A DNA stretch of 64,000 bases from assembly GCA_035541435.1 (NCBI GenBank), contig DATKNL010000002.1:3962-67961 (forward strand), in the 5' to 3' direction. This document shows, piece by piece, positions 17,096-27,553 of this stretch (position 1 is the first letter of the stretch; every line of letters starts with the position of its first letter). The notes below the pieces were generated by a model. That model was not told the DNA's origin. It made no database searches and worked only from the letters and a program-made list of their open reading frames with translations. Source of the stretch: Minisyncoccota bacterium (lineage in GTDB: Bacteria > Patescibacteriota > Minisyncoccia > UBA6257 > 2-01-FULL-56-20). The position numbers and the translations under genes were made by a program.

Positions 17096-20000
17096 TCACT
17101 TTTGGATGTTCCGCATGAACTGGAACGTGTTCTCGAAATTGTTCAGGATGACGTCGAGGATCGACTGCGACTGCTGCGAGACGATCATCGTCTGCGGCGG
17201 GAATGCCGCGGTGTTCGAGGCCTGGTCGGTCGACGCGACGCGCACGCGGTACACGGCGCCCGGCACGAGGTTCGGCACGATCACCACGTGGCTTGTGACG
17301 AAGCTCGACAGGTCCTGCACCGTATGGGCATAGGTCGACGTGGGGCCCCCTACCCCCTGGTCGTATTGTACCACGGAGTTCGCCGGCTTATCGGTCATCC
17401 AGCCGACGATCGCCTGGGCCACGTTCGGCGACTGCGGGTCGATGATCGTCTGGATCCGGATGTTCGAGATGACGGGCGCCACCGTGTCCTTCGTCGTCCT
17501 CACCGTTACCGGGCTCGCGGCGGCGATCAGGTTGCCGTTCGCCGTATTGCCCGAGACGGTCACGAGATAGGTCGACGCCGGGGTCAGGTTCTGCACCGTC
17601 ACGCTGTGCACCGTGACCAGCGCGTCGTCGGTGATCGTCTGGGTGACGCCCGTCTTCGCGTCGCGATACTGGACGATCGAATTCGTGTCGCCGTCGGTCG
17701 TCCACGAGACCTGGAAGCTTGTCGGCGTGACTTTCGATACCTGCGGAACCACCTTGGCCGCGGCCGTGATGAAGGTGACGTCGCCGCTCTTGCCGAAGAC
17801 GCCCGGGATGCTGAACGATTCCGCCATCGCGTGATAGAGCGTGTTCGGCTGCAGGCCCGTGACCGTCACGGTGTGGGTCGCCACCTTGGTATTGACCTCC
17901 GACGACTGGGCGTCATAGGGATTGGCGGTCGATGTCGCGCCCGTGAAGTCGGCGTCGGTCGCATAATAGACCACCGAATAGGATTTGATGTTGGTCGTCC
18001 AGCGCACGGTCGCGCTGTTCTGGCCGACGTCGGTCACGACGGGCTGGCTGAGGAACGGGGGCACGAGGCTCGGGAGGGCCGAGGCGATGCTGTTCTCGAT
18101 CTCCTGCTGAAACTCATAGGCGTTCGCGATCGTGGTCGAGGACGAGAGCGAGGCCTCGGTGAGGTACTGGGTCGCGAAGGTCGCGTCGGTGGTCGACGCC
18201 TCGTTGCCGGACCGGTCGATCGCCCGTACGTAGAAATGATAGGTCGTGCCCATGACGAGCCCCTTCGCCGAGATGGTGTGGACCGTGCCGAACGCGCGGT
18301 CGGCGGCGGCTAACCCGTAATCGGTGCTCGTGCCGTAATCCACGAAGCCGACCGCCGGCTCGTCGGTAATGAAGCTCACGGTCGCGTCGAACGGCGTCGT
18401 CGTGGCGACGACGTCCGTGATCTTGGGCGGCACGGTGTCGGCCGCGCTCGTCACGACATAGCCGGTCGAATAGACGTACTGCGTCTTCGGGGTGTCCTGC
18501 GTCGCGAACGAATAATCGCCCGACACGCCCTCGCTGCCGGCGCTCGAGTCGGACCGGACGCGGTAATGATAGGTGGACGCCGGCACGAGGTCGGACAGGG
18601 TGACCGCATGATAGGTGCCGAGCGTGGGGTCGAGCGCCGTGCTCGACGGATAGGTCCCGGTCGCCGAACCGTAGTCCACCTGGCTCGTGCCGTTGCGGTC
18701 GGTGCTCCAGAGGATCACCGCCGTCGACGTGCCCGTGATCGGCGCGCTCACCCCCGTGATCGTCGGCGGACGGTGGTCGGTCGTCGTGAACTGGTAATAG
18801 TGGCTGAAGTTGTTGTCGAGGTGCGGAACGCCGTTCGCGTCGTCGGACTCGAGGTAGAACTCATAGGTCGTTCCCGGCGCAAGGCCGTCGATCACGACCG
18901 AATGCTGGAAGGGCGCCGTGCCGCCGACGAGCGTCGACGTGCCGACGTCCATGACCGCGCCTCCCCCGCTCGCCGGGACGAAATAATGGACGATCGAATC
19001 CGAATCCATCGACGTCTGCCAGCCGATGATCGCCTCGGTGTCGCCTGCATAGGTCGTCGTCACGCCCGTGAAGACCGGCGCGAGGGTCGTGAACGTCTGC
19101 TCGGTCGACGTCGCCTCGTTGCCCGCCGCATCCTTCACGTGGATGACGTAGTAATAGGTCGTTTCTGCCGCGAGGTCCGAGAGGAAGATCTCGTGATTCG
19201 CCGCGAGCGTCGACGTGGCGACGCTCGCCGTGTAGGCTTCGGTCGACGTGCCATAGAGGATGGTTCCGTCGGTGAACTTGCTGGTCGACCAGGTGATGGC
19301 CGCCGAATCGCCCGAGACGAACGGCACGGCGACGTTCGAAATGAGCGGCGACTGGGAATTCGTGGTCGTGAACGAATAGTAGGCGCCCGCGCTGTTGTCG
19401 ATCGCGACATCGCCGATGCCGTCGGTCGACTGGACGTAGAAATAATAGGTTGTGGACGGCGTGAGGCCGCCGAGGGTTATCGCGTGATGGAACGGCGCCG
19501 CGCCTCCGACGGACGAGGCGTTGCCGGTCGACGTCGCGAAGGAACCGGGCGTCGTCGCATAGAAGACATAGCCGTTCGCATCGACGTTCGTGTCCCACGC
19601 CACCGTCGCGCCGATATCGGACGGCGAAGACGTGACGTCCGTGATGACGAGCGGCGGAGCGACCGGCGCGAGGGTCGTGAACGTCTGCTCGCCCGACGTG
19701 GCGGCATTGCCGGCGTTGTCGACCGACTTCGCCACGTAATAATAGGTCGTCGAAGCGGCGAGGCCGGCGAGCGACGCAACATGCGATGCCGTCATGGGCG
19801 ACGTGTCGCCAAGGGCGGTCGATGACGCATAGATGCCCGATGCCGTTCCATAGAGGACCTGCGAATTGGAAAGCTTGTCCGTCGTCCACGAGACCGTTGC
19901 CACCGTCTGGCTTTGGGCCGAGGCGCTCACGCCCGTGATGACCGGCTTCGCGCTGTTCGTCGTCGTGAACTGGTAATATTGGCCGCTATTGCGGTCGATC

Positions 20001-23000
20001 GTCGTGTCGCCGTACGGGTCGACCGACTGCACGTAATAATAGTAGGTCGTCGACGGCGTGAGGCCCGTGATGACGAGGGCGTGGGACGTCGTCTGGGTCG
20101 AGCTCACGGCCGATCCGCTGATCGTCGAGGTCGATGTCCCGAAATAGACGCCCGAGTCGCCGTTCGAACCGGTGGTCCAGGCGACCGTCGCGGTGAAGTC
20201 GGTCGTCGTTGCCGAGACTCCCGAGATCGAGGGGCCCGGCGGACTGAGCGTCGTCACGGTGGAGGTGGCGAAGCTCTCGTTGCCGAACTGATCGACGGCG
20301 TGGATGCGGTAATAATAGAGCGTCGTCGGCGTGAGACCGGTGATCGACTGCGAGTGCGAGGTCGTGTAGGAATTGTCCAATGTGGTCGATGCGCCATAGG
20401 ACGTCGTCGTGCCATAGGCGATCTGCGACGTCGCGCCCTTGTCCGTCCCCCAGGTAATCGTCACGTTGCTCTGGCCGACGGCCGGGGTCTGGATGCTCGA
20501 GATCGCGGGCGGAACCGTGTCTTTGGCGGTCGTGAAGGAATAATAGGCGCCCCCGTTCGAATCCTTCGTGCCGTTTCCATATTGGTCGGTCGAGCGGACG
20601 TCGAGATAATAGGTCGTGGACGGCGTGAGTCCGGAAAGCGTCACCGAATGGTTCATGGCGAGCGTCGTGGTTCCGATCGTCGAATAGGGCGAGAACGCGA
20701 GGCTCGTCGAATAGTCGACGTTCGCATCGGCCGCCTTGTCGGTCGCCCACGTGATGGTCGCGGTCGAGGTCGCAACGCCGCTCACCGTCGTGCTCGTGAT
20801 CACCGGCCCGAACTGCAGCGTTGCGAACGACTGGCCGGACGACGTCGCGACGTTGTTCCCCGAATCCGTCGACTGCACATAGAAATAATAGGTGGTCGAC
20901 GCGGCAAGGTTGTTGAGTGTCAGGTCGTGGAACGTGACATAGGACGAGGTCGGCCCCGCGACGGAGTTCGGATAGGTCCCGGATGCGGTCCCATAGAAGA
21001 GGGCCGAGTTCGCCGGCTTGTCGGTCACCCAGTTGATCTCGGCGGAATTCTGCGACGGGTTCGCGTTGATCGACGAGATCTGCGCCGGATGGCTGTTCGT
21101 CGCCATGAACGTGTAATAGGCGTAGTTGTTGTTGTCGACGGACGTGTTGCCGATCGAGTCGACCGACTGCACGTAGAAATAATAGGTCGTCCCCGGCACG
21201 AGGCCCGTGATGTTCGCCGTGTGGACATAGGGTCCCGATCCGCTTTCGAGTGCCGGCGCCGAGCTTGCGTTGCCCTGCGCAAGCTGGGCCGACGAAGCGG
21301 CATAGAACACGAATCCGGTCGAATCGACGTTCGTGTTCCACGTCACGATCGCCGACGTATCGAGCGATGACGTCGCCACGTTCGAAATGGACGGTCCCCC
21401 GCCGCGGCCGGTCGGCGTGATGAACACCTGCGGCGAGAAGGCCGAAACGTTGCCCTTGGTGTCGGCGACCCTGACCTTGTAGTAATAGGCGATGTTGTTT
21501 GGCATGAGTCCCGTGTCGCCGAAATAGGGATTGGTCGTCGTCGCGTACGGGGCGTAGCTGCCCGACGTCGACCGCCAGATGTCATAGCGAAGGAAGTTCG
21601 ACGCCGTGCTTGTCGCCCACGAAAGGTAATCCGAATAGACGCCCGTATAGACGTTCGACGTGTCCTTCACGACGATGCCCGTCGGCGCGGGAGGCATGGT
21701 GGCCGTAAAGGCATAGTCGTTGCCGTAATTGTCGACGACCTCATAGGACAGCGTCGGCGACGTCGACGAGGAGAAGATCCACGATATCGTCCCGGTCGCG
21801 AATGAGCTGCTGAGGGTCTGCCATTGGCCGCTCGTCGGATTGAGGCCGTCGGCTGCGGCCGACGAGCTGCCGTTCGCAAACCGATACTTCACGGAACCGT
21901 TGCCGAGGAATGCGAACGAAAGCGCTCCCTGCGAGATGTCGGCGACGATCGTCTGTCCCGTCGCCCACGTCGATACGTCTCCGTCGGTGTCGGTCACCTT
22001 CATGCGATAGAAATAGGTCTGCCCCTGCACGGCGCCGTTGTCGGTAAAGGAATTCGACGACTGGTTGGTGCTCGTATAGATCGAAGCGAACGCACCGCCG
22101 GACGAACGGTCAAGCTCATAGGACGCAAACGCGGCTCCGGGCGCATTCGCATAGGACGACCACGAGATGATGTTCCCCGACACGGACAGGTTCTGGGGCG
22201 ACTGCGGGGCCGCGTTCGAAACGACGATATCGTTGCCATAGACGTCCTGCACCTCGGCATAGGCCGTCAATCCCGCCCCGAGCACGAGCGACTTGGTGCC
22301 GCTTGCCGTCCCGGCCGGCGCCATGGTCCACGGCACCGATGACGAGGGCGTCGAGGACGAGATGCTGGTCGTCGCGAACCGGTACATGAACCCGCTCGCA
22401 TCCGCAAAGGAATAGGTCAGGGTGTTCGAAGCGATGTTCAGGTTGGTGAGCGAGGCGGTCGGCGGCTGCGTGTCGATCGTGAACGCCGAACTGGTCGCCG
22501 TCGCCGTGTTGTTCGCAAGCTGATGGTCGTCGAGCGTCACGCGGATCTGCGAGCTTGTCGCATAAGCTGACCCGATGCCGGGTTCCGCAGCGGGATTCCA
22601 GATGACGGTCTGGTTGATGAACGAGGTCGTCGCAAGCACGATGTCGGACGTCGCATTCGCCGTCACGAACTGCGTCATCGTCTGCCATCCCGATCCGACA
22701 TTATATTGATAAGTCGGCGTCACGGTTCCCGTCGCATGCCCGTTCGCGGCCCCGTCCGTCGTATAGTCGATGTCCTTGAAGCGATAGGTGAACGTGACAT
22801 CGCCCACATGGCTCGCGTCGGTCGTCGTCGTGTTGTCCGCCTGCGTGATGCCCGTTCCCCCGCCATAGGACGCGTCGAAGGCCGGCGCGGAGTTGACAAC
22901 GTACTTCACCGTAACACCCTGAACGGCTGGCGCGGTCACGCCGTTCGAGGTCTCGGTGACCTGATACTGCCACCACCGGGAATTCGATTTCAGTGCCGCA

Positions 23001-26000
23001 GGGATGGCGGATCCGCTGCACGAAACCGAAGGATACGCCGAGAAGACGACGTCGGCACCCACGTCGGTCGTTCCGAAGCTCTGGTTCGGGAACGCTCCCG
23101 CGCTCGCGGCATAGACGCCGGCACTGCCCGTAAGCACCCCGTTCGTAATCGGGAAAGCAGCCGAGCCGCTCGGCCAGGAATTTGGGTCGGCGTCATTGTA
23201 GGAGACGACATAGTTCTTGCCCGCTGTAATGGTGAGCGGCGTCGCCAGGTTCTGCTGCTGCCATCCTGACGCCGATTCGCCGGTGAATGTCGTCGATGCG
23301 AGCAGGACATGGCTCGTGGCGTCCCAGATGTTTCCGACGTGGGTTCCCGTGTTGCCGGCCAGCTTATAGAAACGGACCGCGGTGATCTGCCCCGCTTGCG
23401 CGCTCGAAAAGGTCGTGCCGAGCTCGGTCCAGCCGTACGTTATGCCTCCATTCGAAAAAGTCTGATTCGTATGGACGCTCGATGTCGCCACAGCCGCCGT
23501 CGTACAGCCGGCCGTAGATTCGGTGAAGTTCGACCAGGTCGTTCCAAGGCCCGCCGAGGACGTTGCCGACGAGATGGCGACGGTGACGCCGTTTCCCGTC
23601 GAGGTCGTCTCGCTCCAATCGACTTCGCCGATAACATCGGACGGATCGGTCGAATCGTACGGCTGGGACTTCAGCGTGCCGAGACTCGCGTACCGAGACG
23701 GCGTATAGAACCGCTCGGAAATGTTGCTGTAGGTGCTGAGGTCGGTTGAATCGTAAAGGAAGCCGATTGTGCCCGTACTCGAAATCATGGGGGTGTAGCT
23801 GCCGTCATCCTGGATGTAAAGGAGGGTACTCGAAGCGATCGTGGTCGAAGCCGACCACGTCTGCCCCCCGTCGGTCGATTGCTGCATGAGGAGCAGATGG
23901 GATGTCTGGTTGATATAGGAAAGGATGAGCGTGCCGCTCGAATATGCGAGTGAGGACAACCGCGGATTCGTCGGCGTTACGAAGCTTGCCGACGTCGGCG
24001 TCGAGGTCCCGCTGCCGGTATAGATATTGAGGCGGTTCTGACCGTTGTAGTCGTAAACCACATAGGTCTTTCCGGTGCCGTCCACGATGATCGAGGGGCT
24101 CATATGGCTGAGGCCGTCCGCCGAACTTAGGGCGACCTGCGAACTCCAGGAGGTTCCGCCATTCGTCGAATAGGCAAACATGGGATAGAAAGAAACCCCG
24201 TCAAGCTCCTTCGAGGAATAGACGAGATAGAGGATGTTGCCGGGGCCTTCCGCCAGTGCCGGCACTTGCATCGCGTTGCCCGTGCCCGAATAGTTGATCG
24301 TTCCGGCGAGGGACCAGGACTGCCCGTTGTTGGTCGACTTATAGATGTCGATGGCCGTCGTGCGCGAGGTCGCGAGGTAATAGTTGCCGCTGTAGGCACC
24401 CCGCGTGAGGCCAATGCCGTTTGCGTTGTAGTTGTATCCCGACGTGGTTGCCACGGCAACAAACGACCACGTTGACCCGTTGTTCAGCGAATAGCGGGTC
24501 ATTACGCCCATATACGGGTTGACCTCTTTCGCGGTATAGGCAATAACGATCGATCCGTTATTGCCGGCGATTTGGACGGTATTCACCCCGACCGCTGACG
24601 GGACGAACATGCTTGTCGTGCTTGCCGTGAGGGCGACGGGCGTACCGCTCGCCGAATTGATGTATTCGAGGTTGTTGACGAAATGGTTCGGGTCGGCATC
24701 GAGGGACAGATAGGCAGCATGCACCGTGCCGCTCGAATCCTGGAAGGAATAAACGTTGGATGCGGTGGGGTTGCCCCAGAGCTGGGAGACGTCAGTGCGG
24801 GCGCTCCAGGTCGCCCCGCTCGACGTGGAGTAGCGGTACGCTATGTTGAAAAGCGACGGATTGAATGCCTCTGATTGATCCGTCACGTGAATCTTGCCGC
24901 TTGCATCGACCCCAGCGGCAGGAAAACGATCGCTGGAATTGCTGAGGTTGACGCTCGATGTAGCGCACAGGGTGTTCCAGTTGTCACAATAATTGAGGGC
25001 TCCTGCGGCCCATTGATAGACGAACCCGATCTTGCCGAGACCTTCTATGAACGCGCTGGTTCCGTTGGTGATGGTGTTCTGCGAGCTCGTGACCGGCGCG
25101 CTCCACGAGGAATAGTTCGTCGAGGTCACGAAGTATGAAAACGAGGTTATGTTGTTGATGTAATTTATGTAAGCGGTATTCGAGGCATCTACGAGCATCT
25201 GGCTGACATAATAATTGGTATTCACGGGTCCATTCGTGATGTCGATCCGGTTGTGCCAGTTATTGGAGTTCCTGTAGGCGATCTGGGAGAGCGATGACGA
25301 CGCCTCGAATGATCCGTAGGAAATATGAATGATGCCGTTCGGAGCGATCGCGACGCTGGGATTGGCAACGTTGCCGCCGGTCGTCGATGTCGTGACGTCG
25401 GTTCGTCCTGACCACGATTGCCAATTCGACGACGAAGATGCCGATCGCAGCACGACATTGAGCAACGCGGTGCCTGAAAATTCCTGTGAGGTATAAGCGA
25501 TATAGACGGCGTTGTTCGCGTCGACCGCGATGCTCGGCGAAGCCGCACTCTTGTTCGCGGTTGCCACCACCACTGGAGCCGACCAGACCTGCCACGAGGT
25601 CGAGGCAAGCGCGTAACGGTACGACACGTTCGTCGCCCCGGATTCGGTCGAATCATAGGCGAGATGGACGTTGCCGGCGCCGTCGACCGCCATCGAAAGG
25701 TGGTTATAGGTGAGGCCCGACGTCGCGTTGGTGATGCAGACCAGCGAGTTCCAGTTCTGCGAATCGCGATAGACAAGGTTGTTGAACCCGTTACACTCGC
25801 CGGAATTATAAACCACATGAACGATGCCGCTCGTCGAAATGACCATCGCATTGTAGCCGGTACCGGCCGACCACAGGAGCTTCGGAACGTTCTGCGTCAG
25901 GTCGATGCGGCTCCCGAGCGATGCCGTCGTCGTTGCAAGCGACAGGTTCGTCGACGTCGTGACGCTTGTCGCGCTCGCGTATTGGGTCGATGTCGGTGCG

Positions 26001-26143
26001 GGACTTGCGAGGGTTCCCGCCGTCTGTCCCCCGCTCCACGAGCTCTGGGTGAAGGTGTATGTCGTCGCCTGCGCGACGCCGAACACGCAGAACGACAGCG
26101 CGCCTACGATGAGGCCAACGATAAGGCCGCTCCGTTCGTGCAT
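17096..26143 (-). CDS. Giant secreted surface protein (~3015-3069 aa): signal peptide, Asp-box/BNR repeat region, then >=15 tandem Fn3-like ~100-aa repeats
   Basis: Signal peptide MHERSGLIVGLIVGALSFCVFGVAQA; Asp-boxes SLNNGSTWS, STNNGQSWS, STNGGTSWS, STDGGQTWS; repeats with ITWxTDK...YGT...LxGLxPxTTYY(Y/F)xVxSxDxxGN. Start could also be 26170 or 26305. Confidence 0.8.
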   Translation of the reverse strand: MHERSGLIVGLIVGALSFCVFGVAQATTYTFTQSSWSGGQTAGTLASPAPTSTQYASATSVTTSTNLSLATTTASLGSRIDLTQNVPKLLWSAGTGYNAMVISTSGIVHVVYNSGECNGFNNLVYRDSQNWNSLVCITNATSGLTYNHLSMAVDGAGNVHLAYDSTESGATNVSYRYALASTSWQVWSAPVVVATANKSAASPSIAVDANNAVYIAYTSQEFSGTALLNVVLRSASSSSNWQSWSGRTDVTTSTTGGNVANPSVAIAPNGIIHISYGSFEASSSLSQIAYRNSNNWHNRIDITNGPVNTNYYVSQMLVDASNTAYINYINNITSFSYFVTSTNYSSWSAPVTSSQNTITNGTSAFIEGLGKIGFVYQWAAGALNYCDNWNTLCATSSVNLSNSSDRFPAAGVDASGKIHVTDQSEAFNPSLFNIAYRYSTSSGATWSARTDVSQLWGNPTASNVYSFQDSSGTVHAAYLSLDADPNHFVNNLEYINSASGTPVALTASTTSMFVPSAVGVNTVQIAGNNGSIVIAYTAKEVNPYMGVMTRYSLNNGSTWSFVAVATTSGYNYNANGIGLTRGAYSGNYYLATSRTTAIDIYKSTNNGQSWSLAGTINYSGTGNAMQVPALAEGPGNILYLVYSSKELDGVSFYPMFAYSTNGGTSWSSQVALSSADGLSHMSPSIIVDGTGKTYVVYDYNGQNRLNIYTGSGTSTPTSASFVTPTNPRLSSLAYSSGTLILSYINQTSHLLLMQQSTDGGQTWSASTTIASSTLLYIQDDGSYTPMISSTGTIGFLYDSTDLSTYSNISERFYTPSRYASLGTLKSQPYDSTDPSDVIGEVDWSETTSTGNGVTVAISSATSSAGLGTTWSNFTESTAGCTTAAVATSSVHTNQTFSNGGITYGWTELGTTFSSAQAGQITAVRFYKLAGNTGTHVGNIWDATSHVLLASTTFTGESASGWQQQNLATPLTITAGKNYVVSYNDADPNSWPSGSAAFPITNGVLTGSAGVYAASAGAFPNQSFGTTDVGADVVFSAYPSVSCSGSAIPAALKSNSRWWQYQVTETSNGVTAPAVQGVTVKYVVNSAPAFDASYGGGTGITQADNTTTTDASHVGDVTFTYRFKDIDYTTDGAANGHATGTVTPTYQYNVGSGWQTMTQFVTANATSDIVLATTSFINQTVIWNPAAEPGIGSAYATSSQIRVTLDDHQLANNTATATSSAFTIDTQPPTASLTNLNIASNTLTYSFADASGFMYRFATTSISSSTPSSSVPWTMAPAGTASGTKSLVLGAGLTAYAEVQDVYGNDIVVSNAAPQSPQNLSVSGNIISWSSYANAPGAAFASYELDRSSGGAFASIYTSTNQSSNSFTDNGAVQGQTYFYRMKVTDTDGDVSTWATGQTIVADISQGALSFAFLGNGSVKYRFANGSSSAAADGLNPTSGQWQTLSSSFATGTISWIFSSSTSPTLSYEVVDNYGNDYAFTATMPPAPTGIVVKDTSNVYTGVYSDYLSWATSTASNFLRYDIWRSTSGSYAPYATTTNPYFGDTGLMPNNIAYYYKVRVADTKGNVSAFSPQVFITPTGRGGGPSISNVATSSLDTSAIVTWNTNVDSTGFVFYAASSAQLAQGNASSAPALESGSGPYVHTANITGLVPGTTYYFYVQSVDSIGNTSVDNNNYAYYTFMATNSHPAQISSINANPSQNSAEINWVTDKPANSALFYGTASGTYPNSVAGPTSSYVTFHDLTLNNLAASTTYYFYVQSTDSGNNVATSSGQSFATLQFGPVITSTTVSGVATSTATITWATDKAADANVDYSTSLAFSPYSTIGTTTLAMNHSVTLSGLTPSTTYYLDVRSTDQYGNGTKDSNGGAYYSFTTAKDTVPPAISSIQTPAVGQSNVTITWGTDKGATSQIAYGTTTSYGASTTLDNSYTTSHSQSITGLTPTTLYYYRIHAVDQFGNESFATSTVTTLSPPGPSISGVSATTTDFTATVAWTTGSNGDSGVYFGTSTSTISGSAVSSTQTTSHALVITGLTPSTTYYYYVQSVDPYGDTTIDRNSGQYYQFTTTNSAKPVITGVSASAQSQTVATVSWTTDKLSNSQVLYGTASGIYASSTALGDTSPMTASHVASLAGLAASTTYYYVAKSVDNAGNAATSGEQTFTTLAPVAPPLVITDVTSSPSDIGATVAWDTNVDANGYVFYATTPGSFATSTGNASSVGGAAPFHHAITLGGLTPSTTYYFYVQSTDGIGDVAIDNSAGAYYSFTTTNSQSPLISNVAVPFVSGDSAAITWSTSKFTDGTILYGTSTEAYTASVATSTLAANHEIFLSDLAAETTYYYVIHVKDAAGNEATSTEQTFTTLAPVFTGVTTTYAGDTEAIIGWQTSMDSDSIVHYFVPASGGGAVMDVGTSTLVGGTAPFQHSVVIDGLAPGTTYEFYLESDDANGVPHLDNNFSHYYQFTTTDHRPPTITGVSAPITGTSTAVILWSTDRNGTSQVDYGSATGTYPSSTALDPTLGTYHAVTLSDLVPASTYHYRVRSDSSAGSEGVSGDYSFATQDTPKTQYVYSTGYVVTSAADTVPPKITDVVATTTPFDATVSFITDEPAVGFVDYGTSTDYGLAAADRAFGTVHTISAKGLVMGTTYHFYVRAIDRSGNEASTTDATFATQYLTEASLSSSTTIANAYEFQQEIENSIASALPSLVPPFLSQPVVTDVGQNSATVRWTTNIKSYSVVYYATDADFTGATSTANPYDAQSSEVNTKVATHTVTVTGLQPNTLYHAMAESFSIPGVFGKSGDVTFITAAAKVVPQVSKVTPTSFQVSWTTDGDTNSIVQYRDAKTGVTQTITDDALVTVHSVTVQNLTPASTYLVTVSGNTANGNLIAAASPVTVRTTKDTVAPVISNIRIQTIIDPQSPNVAQAIVGWMTDKPANSVVQYDQGVGGPTSTYAHTVQDLSSFVTSHVVIVPNLVPGAVYRVRVASTDQASNTAAFPPQTMIVSQQSQSILDVILNNFENTFQFMRNIQK

Positions 26144-26346
26144 TCGGTATGAGCTGGTGTTCGGTGACATGCCGATCCGTATCCGTATAACTATCCTTTC
26201 CTTCATTGTAGGCCCGGAACAGCCGCTTAAAGCGAAAACTGTGGAAAAACGGGCCTTATGGGCGAAGCTTGGATGCTGAATCCTGCTAAACATTCTGGCA
26301 AACATTTCTGTTTGCCATATGTTTTTATTGAATTATCGGCTTTTCG

Positions 26347-27507
26347 TTATCTTCGCTTAAGTACCTCGATGCCTGGCAGCTTTTGTCCGGCAAGATAGTC
26401 GATCATGGCGCCCCCGCCCGTTGACACAAAATCGAAACGGCTGTCGAACCCGTATTTTTTCAGGAACATGACGGTTTCGCCGCCGCCCGCGACGCGGAAC
26501 GCCTTCCTGTTCCCAATAATGTCTTTTACGATGCTGATGGTTCCCTTGGCGTATCGCTTCTTCTCGATCAGGCCGAGCGGTCCGCTCCATACAATCGTCC
26601 GGGCAGCCGCTATTTTTTTCGCGAACGCGGCGGCCGTTTTCGGGCCGAGGTCGAGGATGGCGTCGTCCTTCCAGACGAAATCAACCGGCACCGAGATTTT
26701 TCGTGCCGTCGACGTCGCTGAGACGATCCGTTTGATTTCGGCGACGCTCTTCGGATCCTTGTCGCGCATCGATTTCTTCACGTCGACGCCGCGCAGAGCG
26801 AGTACGGTGTTCGCCGATCCTCCGCCGAGCAAAATCGTATCGGCTTTCTTTGCGAAAAACTTTATGACGCCGAGCTTGTCCGCCGCCTTCGCGCCGCCGA
26901 GGATGAGCGCGAGCGGATGCTTGGGATCAACCATCGCCTTGCCGAGCGAGACGATCTCCTGCTCGAGCTCGAATCCGGCATAGCTCGGCAGGAATGTCGT
27001 GACCGCATCGACCGATGCGTTGGAACGGTGACAGACGGCGAACGCGTCGTTTACATAGAACGTGCCGAGCGATGCGAGCTGTTTCGCGAGCGCGCGGTCG
27101 TTCTTCTCTTCGCCGGGCAGAAACCGCAGGTTGTCGAGCAGGAACACCGATCGCGCAGGCGCGTCAGCGACTTCGTGACGGATATCCGTGAACCTGAAAT
27201 GGTTTACGAACCGGACGGACCCGCCGGCGATCGCGCGACGGCCGAGCAGCTTCGTGAGATGCACGGCGTTCGGCCTGAGGCTTAATCCTTTTTTAACGTT
27301 CTTCGGGACGCCGTTCACGAGCATCACGCCCTCGGGCCTCCCCTTGTGGCTCACAATGACGATTTTGCAACCGTTCTTTAATAAGAATTTTATGGTCGGC
27401 AGGACCGCGCGCATGCGCCAGTCGTCTTCCGTGTTAAAATCGAGACGCAAGAGCGCCGTACCGCTCACGGCATCCTTTTGGGCCGTTCTTAAATAATGGA
27501 TGGGCAT
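26347..27507 (-). CDS. pgk: Phosphoglycerate kinase
   Basis: N-terminal RLDFN, CKIVIVSHKGRP and C-terminal ISTGGGA-like motifs. Confidence 0.85.
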   Translation of the reverse strand: MPIHYLRTAQKDAVSGTALLRLDFNTEDDWRMRAVLPTIKFLLKNGCKIVIVSHKGRPEGVMLVNGVPKNVKKGLSLRPNAVHLTKLLGRRAIAGGSVRFVNHFRFTDIRHEVADAPARSVFLLDNLRFLPGEEKNDRALAKQLASLGTFYVNDAFAVCHRSNASVDAVTTFLPSYAGFELEQEIVSLGKAMVDPKHPLALILGGAKAADKLGVIKFFAKKADTILLGGGSANTVLALRGVDVKKSMRDKDPKSVAEIKRIVSATSTARKISVPVDFVWKDDAILDLGPKTAAAFAKKIAAARTIVWSGPLGLIEKKRYAKGTISIVKDIIGNRKAFRVAGGGETVMFLKKYGFDSRFDFVSTGGGAMIDYLAGQKLPGIEVLKRR

Positions 27508-27553
27508 ATCACCTATTATAGCCTATCGCCGGGACGCGCCCCGCCGGATACGC

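Noticed and set aside
17096-26143. Possibility of a CRISPR array given ~300-bp DNA periodicity
   Set aside because: Repeats are imperfect, in-frame and encode Fn3-like protein modules; no short identical direct repeats with unique spacers anywhere in the window
17042-26279. Dozens of 60-485-aa ORFs on both strands inside the giant gene (e.g. 18566-19825, 19913-21370, 19986-21341)
   Set aside because: Overlapping alternative frames of a single 9-kb repetitive high-GC CDS; R/G/D-rich junk translations
26293-26312. Hairpin ggcaaaca-tttc-tgtttgcc between pgk and the giant gene as a terminator
   Set aside because: No U-tract on the minus strand after it; noted only as a structured spacer
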